This document shows positions 53,144 to 62,616 of a stretch of 64,000 bases of DNA, piece after piece (positions within the stretch are counted from its first letter, which is position 1; each line of letters opens with the position of its first letter). The notes beneath the pieces are model-generated. The model ran no database searches. It saw only the letters and a list, made by a program, of their open reading frames with translations, and was not told the origin of the DNA. The stretch spans positions 32,001-96,000 of the forward strand of contig CAVSMN010000014.1 of assembly GCA_963729045.1 (NCBI GenBank). Direction: 5' to 3'. The DNA comes from an uncultured Nitrososphaeraceae archaeon. GTDB lineage: Archaea; Thermoproteota; Nitrososphaeria; Nitrososphaerales; Nitrososphaeraceae. The translations under genes were made by a program, and so were the position numbers.

Positions 53144-54488
53144 TTGAAAACTACATCTCAATTATTATTGAAATCTCAAAAAAAATGGAATGCGATGGGT
53201 ACATCTAGAATCCAGCCAGTAGAACAAACTTTGGAAAAAGTAAATTCCTTGATTCAGGAGATTGGGATTACAAGAATTGCAGATATTACAAATATGGATA
53301 GGCTTAAAATACCTAATTTTTCAGCCGTATTACCAGGAACTGAAGACTACATCTGGGTATATAGTGGAAAGGGTCCGACGAAAAACCATGCAAGGGCTAG
53401 TGTTATCATGGAAAGCATTGAAAGGTTTTCATCATTACCTGCAAATTTCGACGGAAAAATTCAAAGGGGCACTTTTAAAGAATTATCTCAAAGTTATACT
53501 GTTCTAAAATATGATGAAGTAGTGGAACCAGTTTCATTCCACTTGAATGAAGAAATGATAATGGATTATTGTATCGGTTATGATTTATTAAATAACACAG
53601 AAGTATTGGTGCCTGCGCCATTAACAATTTTCAGATATACTCCGTCGCCACCATCCATAAATCCTTACTCCTTCTTCCATACAAATGGATTGGCTTCTGG
53701 GAATGTAATCGAAGAAGCAATTTGTCATGCCCTATGCGAAGTTGTAGAAAGGGATGCAGTGAGTTTGGCGGAATTCACTTCTAGTGCATTTCAGTATCAT
53801 ATCTTGAAAACTGTTGAAAATTCGCTTGTAAAGAAGGGGTTTTCAATTAAAGTCATTTGACTCAAAGAACTTTATGGATGATGATTCTATTTATCCCGAA
53901 ATTGATCTGAACAGTATCGAACACGTTCCTATTAAGAGAGTCGTTAATAGGTTTAGGAGTTCTCAAATATCCTTGACAGTAAAGGATATTACATCCGACC
54001 TCGGAATTCCAACTTTCATAGCAAGTAGTGCCGAGTGGGTTAATCATGAATATGGATATTTGGTAGAAGGTCATGGAACTCATCCAGATGCACGAATTGC
54101 ACTTATGAGGGCAATAACAGAAGTATCCCAATCAAGAGCAGCTAATATTCAAGGTTCGAGGGATGATCTAAGAAAGATGAAATATGATCCTGAAAATAGT
54201 GATGAAAACAGATCATGGCAATTCATAAAGTCAAAAGAAAAAAAATCATTTTCAGATGTTCACACATTTACCTATGATGATATACTAGATGACATAAAAC
54301 TTATACTGAGTAGTTTAAAAGCAAAAGGTCTAAAGAAAGCTATCGTGGTAAACTTGACTAATTCAAAATTAAATATACCAGTTATTAGAGTCATTGTCCC
54401 TGGATTGGAAACATTCAAAATAAATAAAGCAGTTATCGGTCAAAGAGCCAAGGAAAGTGTTAAAAAATGGTTAGGTCCAAACCTGTAA
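53144..54488 (+). CDS. ycaO: YcaO-family protein, TfuA-associated thioamide synthase type (frameshift at ~53850)
   Basis: GITRIADIT..DRL, YSGKG, MESIER, TNGLASGN..EEAICHALCEVVERDA, RAITEVSQSR, GSRDD and PGLE motifs; no C-terminal PxP motif. Confidence 0.93.
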
Positions 54489-55128
54489 TATTTTTAGGAC
54501 CGTCTCTATCAAGGGAGAAAGCAAGAAAAATTCTAGACGCAGATTACCGACTACCTGCTAAAAAAGGGGACCTGCTTCAGTTGATACTAAAAGAAGTTGA
54601 TATTGTTGGATTGGTTGACGGATATTTTCTTCAGGATTATCCCCCTACCCCAATTGAGGTATATAATTTAGTCCGAAAAAGGAATGTAAAGGTTTTTGGA
54701 TCATCGAGTTTGGGTGCACTTCGGGCAGTCGAACTTGGTAAATACGGGATGATAGGAATAGGAAAAATTTTTAGACTTTTTAGGGATGGAATCTTGGAGT
54801 CTGATGATGAAGTAGCTGTGACGTTTACGGATTATACAAATTACAAATCAGAAGCATTGATTGATATTAGATACAATTTGTTTTTGGCTCAAGAAATACA
54901 AGATCATAGACAATAGAGACCGGAAGATCGATCCTTAAAGTATCAAAACAGACCTATTTTCCTTATAGGACTTACGAAGATATTTTGGACAAATGTAAAT
55001 TAAAGTATCCTGAAATCAATTCTCAGGTTGAAAGTTTTAGAGGTTATATCTTGAATAATAAAAAGAGTTTGAAGGAAAGAGATGCTGTGCGATTATTAAA
55101 GCACATCAAGAGTATCAATGAACCATGA
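54467..55128 (+). CDS. tfuA: TfuA-like protein (frameshifts at ~54893 and ~54914)
   Basis: VIFLGPSL, PAKKGDL, LVDGYF, GSSSLGALRAVEL, DDEVAV and SEALIDIR motifs; continues YFPYRTY..SLKERDA to TGA at 55128. Overlaps the ycaO stop. Confidence 0.93.
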
Positions 55129-55180
55129 CATCAATAAAGTTAATTTTATATTCGCTACAATTTAACTAACAGTACTGCTC

Positions 55181-55761
55181 ATGAATAATATGTTGACCAA
55201 TTTTTTTCATAGTATTGATTCACGTTTTATTTACATAGTATTTTTCTATTTTTCAGCATTTATGATGCTGTATATAACAATGTTTGGAATGTATTGGAGT
55301 TGGGTGGAATATGATAAAACCGGTGCATTAAATATAGGCGAAACAATCGTAAAGAACGATTTAATCTTTGATGGATCTGGCAAATTGGTTACTTATCTTG
55401 CAATTTTCTCAGTTATCACATGGTTTTGTGTTACCAAAATCGGTTATAGCAGAGTACAAGAATACACCTAAAATAGTTCGATCAGTATTATCTGTATTAT
55501 GCAATTATCTTGATAGTCGTTGCAGCTTATGAATTTACTTACAATTTTACGGTGTGGGGAGCGTTGATTACTGTACATACAATCAATAACTCTTTGAATT
55601 TTGATGAAATCAATATAAGTTATCCTAACCCTGAAACACCATGGAATTTAGTTTTCGCAACTAAAATGACTCTTGCGGCTCTTATAATTTCTTGCCATGC
55701 TTTTTACATCATTCAAAGATCAGACAAGAAATCATCTATTTACGTGAAAGAACAGTCCTGA
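55181..55761 (+). CDS. Multi-pass membrane protein (frameshifted at ~55460-55505)
   Basis: Two consecutive hydrophobic ORFs; C-terminal PWNLVFATK motif. Confidence 0.6.
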
Positions 55762-55770
55762 AGTACTGCG

Positions 55771-55841
55771 CTCATCTCAATCTCCATCCTCAATCTATCC
55801 TCATCTCATCCTCAATCTCCATCCTCCAATCTCCACCTCCA
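55771..55841 (+). repeat. Degenerate CT-rich microsatellite-like tract
   Basis: Units such as CTCAATCTCCATC and CTCATCTCATC; no G for about 70 nt. Confidence 0.7.
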
Positions 55842-56090
55842 AAACTCCTCTGTTGGGGCACATGTAGATAAAACCTGGATTCTATTGAAAAAATAAATCA
55901 AAATTTATGAACTTGAGAAATCAAAAGTATTTGGAAATTGCTATCCACAGAACACTAGAACTGCTTAACGTGTACTACATTTCAATATTTTGATACTTGG
56001 TATTTTTAAGTTGTTTCTTGAATGTTTTCTTTCCTGGTGTCACTTAAGAAAATCACAAGATTTTTTATGATGATTAGAAAACTATTGATA

Positions 56091-56645
56091 GTGAAAATCG
56101 GCGTAATCTCAGATACCCACGATGATATTGAAAATACTGAAAAAGCAATAAATATTTTTAACTTGATGAAGGTAAATCATGTTTTTCATGCAGGTGATTA
56201 CGTTTATCCCGGGATGATTAGTTTATTCAAGAAATTAGACAAAGAAACAAAATTTTATGGGGTTCGGGGGAACAATGATGGGGAATTAATGGGTATCACA
56301 AGACAGTTCGATGAAATTGAAAATGCTCTATTTCTAAACGAATTTGGAAAACTCTTGATTTCATCAAAAAAAATAGGCATATATCATGGAACAAACTCTG
56401 ACTTGTCAGAATCCTTAGTGGAAAGTCAATTATTCGACATTTTAATACTCGGTCATACCCATATCAAAAGAATTGAAAAAATGGGAAAAACCCTTGTGTT
56501 AAACCCCGGAGCTTTGAACAGGAATTTCTTTTCTAAAAAAACTACTGACGATCCTTGTGTAATCGTCTATGATGAAAAACGGAAATTGGCCGAATTTATA
56601 AACATTAATAGTACCAAGAACACAGAGTATGACTTTGGAAAATGA
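56091..56645 (+). CDS. Metallophosphoesterase (YfcE/MJ0936 family)
   Basis: ISDTHD, HAGD, GNND, YHG, GHTH and NPG motifs; GTG at 56091 is the likely start. Confidence 0.92.
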   Translation: MKIGVISDTHDDIENTEKAINIFNLMKVNHVFHAGDYVYPGMISLFKKLDKETKFYGVRGNNDGELMGITRQFDEIENALFLNEFGKLLISSKKIGIYHGTNSDLSESLVESQLFDILILGHTHIKRIEKMGKTLVLNPGALNRNFFSKKTTDDPCVIVYDEKRKLAEFININSTKNTEYDFGK

Positions 56646-56818
56646 TTTGAACTTTGCACTTTGATTCCTTATATATCAGCTCAAATGAGTTTTCCATAGT
56701 AGATTCATAGTGCAAAACGCAAGAACAACAACAACGAAAAAAATATTAGTTGATACTAGTTACTTCTACGATTAAATCACTCAAGGTAAATAATATATAA
56801 AATCATTGATATGGTACT

Positions 56819-57172
56819 TTGTTATCACATGAACCGAGGGAAAAAGTGGAATTGAACGAAACAAGTTCTGATAAAAACAGTAACATCGATAATACTATAA
56901 AAGTAAATGATGATCAAACTACTCAAGTTAAAAATCAAACTAGTCATGATATTAAAGCCAATGAGGAAATTTCGGATGAGACACTTGCTGCCAAAGGTCC
57001 AACGAATCTTGATAAGGAAAATCTCACCAGTGCTGATCTGAAGACAAAGTTAACTTCAAACTATTTTTGCTTCGATTGCGGAGCGGTGTTGACTACCTTA
57101 GAAGACAAAAAACAACACGAATTATTCGAAATTGAAAGAAAGGATCGAAATGATTTAGAGAATGGTGATTAA
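56819..57172 (+). CDS. Hypothetical protein with C2H2-like zinc finger
   Basis: Disordered N-terminus, then YFCFDCGAVL...KQH. Confidence 0.6.
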   Translation: MLSHEPREKVELNETSSDKNSNIDNTIKVNDDQTTQVKNQTSHDIKANEEISDETLAAKGPTNLDKENLTSADLKTKLTSNYFCFDCGAVLTTLEDKKQHELFEIERKDRNDLENGD

Positions 57173-57275
57173 CTAAGAAAAAGGAATGAAGCAAATACTG
57201 TAATACATTATTGTTTTTGTTCACTGTAATATTTAGGGACCAGGCCCTTCTTTTTTGATTGTTATGATATATTAG

Positions 57276-57608
57276 TTAGGTATCATTATGTTCATATCTT
57301 TGAATATCTATAACTACTTTATCCCCAACCTTGATCTTTAGATCGTCATATTCTTTCATGGTTACTTTGAAAGTAGGGGCATCGCTTACTGCGCCTCCAC
57401 CAAACATATTAGAGATATTTGACATGGCTTTAGGCAGATTCTTCATAAGGTCTTCAGGAGAAGTAAAAGCCATTACATTGGAACCAAAAGGATTCATTTG
57501 CTTATCACCAGATTTTAAATATTCATTTGGATCCTTGAATGATACGTATATATAAGGAGAACCATCAGTGGATGCTTCAATTTTGGCAACTATGAATTCT
57601 TTTTTCAT
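57276..57608 (-). CDS. Hypothetical protein, possible arcadin-1-like fold
   Basis: FIVAKIE..DGSPYIYVSF / MAFTSPEDLM / FGGG..PTFKVTMKEYDDLKIKVGDKVVIDI. Confidence 0.6.
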   Translation of the reverse strand: MKKEFIVAKIEASTDGSPYIYVSFKDPNEYLKSGDKQMNPFGSNVMAFTSPEDLMKNLPKAMSNISNMFGGGAVSDAPTFKVTMKEYDDLKIKVGDKVVIDIQRYEHNDT

Positions 57609-57657
57609 TTATACTTATTAGTGATAATCGATATAATAAATATTTAATTCTAAAAAA

Positions 57658-58896
57658 TTAAGAGATTTTATATATACTTCCACTTTCTAAGGAAACGATA
57701 TATATATCTCCATCTGGACCTGTTTGAATGTCAGTAATGCTGCCAAACCCTGTTCCTAAAATGTAACTATTTAATTCTTCCTCTGAATCAATAATAGCGT
57801 CCTGTATTTCCAATCCGTCTCTTTGGTCATTTAATTTAAAAAAATACAGGTTACCATTATTATTATCTCCTACTAAAATATTGTTGGTGTAGTCAGGTCC
57901 TAGGTTGGTACTATTGATGAATTCTATGTCTGTGATCGCAGTGGGTTCAAGCCAACTTATCTCTGGATCTGAATAGTTAGAATTGGGTGAAAGGAAGACA
58001 AGATCTTTTATTTCGTCAGCTGATGCAGCTGGACCCATTATTGATCTCCAACCGCTATTAAATCCAGGCTCGACCAGATTTATTTCATCAGAAAAGGATG
58101 GACCATTCTCTGTGTCCCAGACATCTCCGGTAATCGGATCTACAGTAAGACCAAAGGAATTTCTAATACCGTATGCAAAAGTTTTATCAATATTAGGAAC
58201 ATCGCTCCCTACAAAGGGATTATCGACAGGTGCAGAACCTGTATGTGGATCAATCCTGTAAATAGAACCAGTATAGTCTGGATCTCCTCCATTCTCAAAA
58301 TTCTGTAATTTAGTTCTGTGGTTTAAATCCCCTATTATGGCGTAAAGATTGTTGTCTTTGCCTAGAGTTATCTTACCACCATTGTGATTTGGTCCAGGTA
58401 TGGCGGGCAAATCTAAGATCAACTTTTGATTAGTAAGATCAGTACCATCCCATTCAAAACTATACACTCTATTACGCAAGTTCTCATTGGGGTCTGTCAC
58501 GGTTTGATCAGCGTCGTTTTCGGTAACATAAAAGAAAACTAGTGTGGTGTTATTTTCCTTCATTACTTCCACTCCTAATAAACCGCGTTCACTTTCAAAA
58601 TTGACGTCAAATTGCTTCAACGGAGTATCCTGTAATATGCCATCTGAAATTAATTTTACGTTACCTTTTTTTTCAATTACTATGATATCCTTTCCAGAAT
58701 CGTCAAGAAATGCCATTCCTGTAGGCGACGTAAAACCCCTGTAGACTGGTTGCAAACTGAGGTTCGGATCTTTTATAGTCTGAGCACTAATCAATCCAAT
58801 ATCAAGTGACTTGGACTGGGTGATCAATAAAATCAACAAGCAGGTCCACACGGTCAATAGGCCAGTACAGCATAAAGACCTAAGTTTTAAAGCCAT
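57658..58896 (-). CDS. PQQ-dependent sugar dehydrogenase (GSDH beta-propeller)
   Basis: SPTGMAF, ERGLLG, NHNGG, YGIRNSFG and ENGP..DEIN..GFNSGW motifs. Confidence 0.92.
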   Translation of the reverse strand: MALKLRSLCCTGLLTVWTCLLILLITQSKSLDIGLISAQTIKDPNLSLQPVYRGFTSPTGMAFLDDSGKDIIVIEKKGNVKLISDGILQDTPLKQFDVNFESERGLLGVEVMKENNTTLVFFYVTENDADQTVTDPNENLRNRVYSFEWDGTDLTNQKLILDLPAIPGPNHNGGKITLGKDNNLYAIIGDLNHRTKLQNFENGGDPDYTGSIYRIDPHTGSAPVDNPFVGSDVPNIDKTFAYGIRNSFGLTVDPITGDVWDTENGPSFSDEINLVEPGFNSGWRSIMGPAASADEIKDLVFLSPNSNYSDPEISWLEPTAITDIEFINSTNLGPDYTNNILVGDNNNGNLYFFKLNDQRDGLEIQDAIIDSEEELNSYILGTGFGSITDIQTGPDGDIYIVSLESGSIYKIS

Positions 58897-59008
58897 TGGG
58901 ATAATATTTAGAACATTTGATATAAATTAGTATTATTTTTCATTCAAAATCGTAGAATGAGTCCGGTTATTTATGAATCCTTTAGTGATTTTCGACCAAA
59001 TAAATCAT

Positions 59009-60280
59009 CTAGGTTTTTGGTCTTAACGCTTCTATAGGGCTTACCTTCGATGCTTTCCAAGCTGGCAACAATCCTGCTATTACACTTAGGACAACAGAGA
59101 TTATCCATACAGTAATCATGTCGCTCATAAAAAAAAGGGGAATGAGTGGAGGATCACCTTCATTTCTGGGGGTAGCTTGAGACAGTGCATAACCACCCCC
59201 TACACCTCCAATTAAGCCCAGAGTTGCACCCAGCATACCTATTATCAAAGCTTCAAAAACGAACATTGTTAAAATGTTAGAGCTTTGTGCACCTATTGCT
59301 TTTAACGTACCTATTTCTCTGATTCTTTCAATCACGGAAGTATATAATGTGGTAATTATACCTACTGCACCAACTATTAATGAGATAATGGCTATGCTCA
59401 ACAAGAAGGATGTAATCCCCCCTGTAAATTGCTCAATGGTCTTGAGTATGGCTTTTACTGTTGTTACCCCTATATCATTTCCATACAATTTCTTAATTTC
59501 GCTTTCAACAACATCAACTAACTCATTGGATGATGCTACTACAAATAAAGAATCATACTTGCCTGATTTTTGAAATAGGGAATCGCCAGCATCCAGGTTA
59601 ATGACTGCTGCATTGTCTATTGTTGGATTGCCTGTTGATTCCATTATTGCGGTAACCAAAAAATTCTTAGTTATTGTGTCTTGTTTGCCAGTTGTGTCAT
59701 CAATAAATGAATATTCTAATTCTATTGTCTCACCCAATGTTACAAATGGGTTGTCTTCTCCAGGAGGTTTGGCAATATTTTCTGCTATTACAATTGCGGA
59801 TGGATCATTTTGTTTTATTTGAGAACCCTCTTGTAAATCAAGGGTCGGTGCAATCACAAATAATTTATTTGGATCTATAGATAGTGCTGCATTTGTTTTT
59901 TCTTCACCCTTAGATTTGATCAATACCTGAGACTGATAAGATGGTATAACTTCCTCGATAAAGGGCAATGAATTAATTCTGTTTATGACTGCCGCATTTA
60001 GTGTTATCTTGGAACCCGCAGAGCCTCCTCCGCCTCCTCCACCTCCACCGCCGGAGCCAACAGTACCTGAGCCCTGTTCTTGACCACTTGTAACAAACAA
60101 AATGTTAGGAGCTAAATTACTAAACTGTTTATTAAAGAATTCAGTAAACCCTGCTCCTACACCATTTACTGCTACTAGTAGACTGGTTCCCGCCATAACC
60201 ATTAGAATGGTCAGAAGAGACCTGATTTTTCTCTCTTTTAGTGCCTGAAATGATAGGACAAATATTTCCTTAATGTCCAT
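59009..60280 (-). CDS. ABC transporter permease, MacB/FtsX family
   Basis: RSLLTILMV, ERIREIGTLKAIGA and PAWKASKVSPIEALR motifs. Confidence 0.95.
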   Translation of the reverse strand: MDIKEIFVLSFQALKERKIRSLLTILMVMAGTSLLVAVNGVGAGFTEFFNKQFSNLAPNILFVTSGQEQGSGTVGSGGGGGGGGGGSAGSKITLNAAVINRINSLPFIEEVIPSYQSQVLIKSKGEEKTNAALSIDPNKLFVIAPTLDLQEGSQIKQNDPSAIVIAENIAKPPGEDNPFVTLGETIELEYSFIDDTTGKQDTITKNFLVTAIMESTGNPTIDNAAVINLDAGDSLFQKSGKYDSLFVVASSNELVDVVESEIKKLYGNDIGVTTVKAILKTIEQFTGGITSFLLSIAIISLIVGAVGIITTLYTSVIERIREIGTLKAIGAQSSNILTMFVFEALIIGMLGATLGLIGGVGGGYALSQATPRNEGDPPLIPLFFMSDMITVWIISVVLSVIAGLLPAWKASKVSPIEALRPKT

Positions 60281-60641
60281 TGACTCTATCCCTACTTACT
60301 ACTCGTTCATAACTAGATCCAAACCTTAATTGTGGTGGTGAACTACCAGGACCGCATCTCAAAACTTTAAAGTATAACATCATGAAAAAATTGGTATTTA
60401 GGATTAAACCGAAATTGAACTTACACAATAGAAGGATTCTATCTGTAATTAATGTGGATTTATAAATTTGATGATTCTTTCTTGTCTTTATATTTTGTGT
60501 CACCAGAGCTTTTATCCGTGTTATCGTAATCATCACAATAATTGCTATTATATACAACAAAATAGACTTAAAGTTATCTAAGATATGATGAAAAAATGTA
60601 GATTTGCTTAGCTACATGACTGAATTCACAAGAAAAATATT

Positions 60642-61355
60642 TCAGGTAACTATGTTTTCTTCCCGTTCTATTTCCCCATCCTTGAGATATATTATACGAT
60701 CGGTTTTAATTGCCAACTCCGGATTATGCGTGACCATTATTATGGTCCTATCGTACTTATTAGACAACATCTTGAGCAAATTAAATACTTCATTACCCGT
60801 TTTAGTATCTAAGTTACCGGTAGGTTCATCAGCCAAAATTATGGAGGGATTATTCATTAGTGCTCTAGCGATTGCAACTCGTTGTTGTTGACCACCACTT
60901 AAATTGAATGGTTTGAAACTACCTTTGTCCTCAATTCCGAGCAATCCCATGATTTTTGAAGCCCTTTCTAACCGCTCCTTTTTATTTAATCCTGATATTA
61001 TACATGGGATTTCAATGTTCTTTAAAACAGAAGCCCTGTTAATTAAATTATAAGACTGAAAAATAAATCCAATCGCATTGTTTCTCAAATAAGCCAGATC
61101 ATGATCATTTAAAGAAAATACATCTACACCATTGATATAAATATCTCCAGATGTCGGTCGATCTAAAGTCCCTAGTATGTTTAGAAGTGTAGATTTACCG
61201 CTACCGGAGGGACCTACAATAGCCACAAATTCTCCCTTTTTAACATCAAAATCGATATTTTTTAATATCGGTGTTTCTCCGGCTGTCGAAGCATAACTTT
61301 TGTAAATTCGATCAACTTTAAGGATTGGATCAGAAGAAGGAGATGAAGACGCCAT
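60642..61355 (-). CDS. ABC transporter ATP-binding protein, LolD/MacB type
   Basis: GPSGSGKST, LSGGQQQRVAIARAL, ILADEPTGNLD and VTHN motifs. Confidence 0.96.
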   Translation of the reverse strand: MASSSPSSDPILKVDRIYKSYASTAGETPILKNIDFDVKKGEFVAIVGPSGSGKSTLLNILGTLDRPTSGDIYINGVDVFSLNDHDLAYLRNNAIGFIFQSYNLINRASVLKNIEIPCIISGLNKKERLERASKIMGLLGIEDKGSFKPFNLSGGQQQRVAIARALMNNPSIILADEPTGNLDTKTGNEVFNLLKMLSNKYDRTIIMVTHNPELAIKTDRIIYLKDGEIEREENIVT

Positions 61356-61833
61356 TTAAGATTTCAATTCTATATTATTACTCATATAGCTATATAAAAA
61401 TTGAAAACAGTTAGATTTATCAAAGGATCTTTCTACTGAATTATTCACATTACAAAAATTGTGGTTTTCATATGTGAAACGAAATGTATTACTTTTTTCC
61501 TCTGAGTGAGGGACAAATCATCAAAATCCCATTAATTGAACAAATAAAACGATTCATTTCTATCGACTCGACCTGACCTTAGGTTTTATACATAAGATAA
61601 CGGATAACAGGATGAATTGATGGATCGATGGATAATAATTGTACGGATCCTACAATAAACCAAATTAGTCTTGTTTACTCGTGGTAGATTAGGAATCTAA
61701 AGTGTCTGCATCTTTTCTTTTCTTGAATCAAAACAAGATTAGTTTTTGTGGAGATATGCCCAGATTTGACAGTTGCTTCAAAGCAATAGTCAAAATTTAA
61801 ATATTGTATAGTAAAATATAATATAATATTCTT

Positions 61834-62040
61834 ATGAAAAAAATTAATTTAATAATATTATCTACTTTTATCTTAGGAGGAATATTATTAAATTTCGAAA
61901 GAGACATTATGTCTTATGCCCAAGAGAATGTTGATAGAAACATAATACCGTTGCTTATTCCTCCATATCAGATGATTAAGGATCTTGGGTCATCAGATTT
62001 AAATAGGATTAATGTAACCTATGTCAATAATATTCCATAA
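61834..62040 (+). CDS. Small exported hypothetical protein
   Basis: Signal peptide ending SYAQ; TATA-like sequence upstream. Confidence 0.45.
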   Translation: MKKINLIILSTFILGGILLNFERDIMSYAQENVDRNIIPLLIPPYQMIKDLGSSDLNRINVTYVNNIP

Positions 62041-62141
62041 CAAATAGATAGTTTATGGTACCGCATAAATTTCTAAATTAATAATATAGAAATATTTATC
62101 AAAATCCATTAATATGTAAATCTAATAATTCAATTAGACAT

Positions 62142-62574
62142 ATGAATCGTGGATTGAATTTTTATGCTATTATACTTGTGACGATAGCTACTCTAGTTTT
62201 TTCTGTTAATGAATTTGGAGTGGTTCATGCAACTACTGGTATTGATCTAGGTAATAATCCCTCTCAATCTAATCAAGTACCTGATTTAAAATCTGATCCA
62301 AATGACAACGACGACAACAATAACGACAAGAGCAGCAATAACAACAATAACAATAATGACGACAACAATAACGACAAGAGCAGCAATAACGACAATAACA
62401 ATAATGACAATAACAATAATGACGACAACAATAACGACAAGAGCAGCAGCAGTCACCACCACCACTACTACTACCAGCAAGGACGATGTGCCTATGGCTT
62501 TACCATTTAATTCAAATATGGCCGATGAATCTGATGATGAGAAGGATTATTCAAGTGTAATCCCTTTCCCATGA
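62142..62574 (+). CDS. Secreted Asn/Asp-rich low-complexity protein (frameshift at ~62454)
   Basis: Signal peptide and three NDDNNNDKSS repeats; removing one C gives TTTTTTTSKDDVPMALPFNS..SVIPFP*. Confidence 0.65.
62300..62476 (+). repeat. AAC/GAC trinucleotide-rich coding repeat
   Basis: GACGACAACAATAACGACAAGAGCAGC occurs three times among AAC/AAT runs. Confidence 0.9.
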
Positions 62575-62616
62575 TTTTAAAAATATCCGTTTTAATGTGT
62601 TAGCCGATTCTATGTC

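Noticed and set aside
60270..60560. 96-aa ORF between the ABC ATPase and permease
   Set aside because: No recognisable domain; possibly a gene remnant but not supportable from sequence alone.
62454..62510. His4-Tyr3 metal-binding tail of the 122-aa ORF
   Set aside because: Probably an artefact of a 1-nt insertion; the alternative frame gives a more natural poly-Thr and PF-motif ending.
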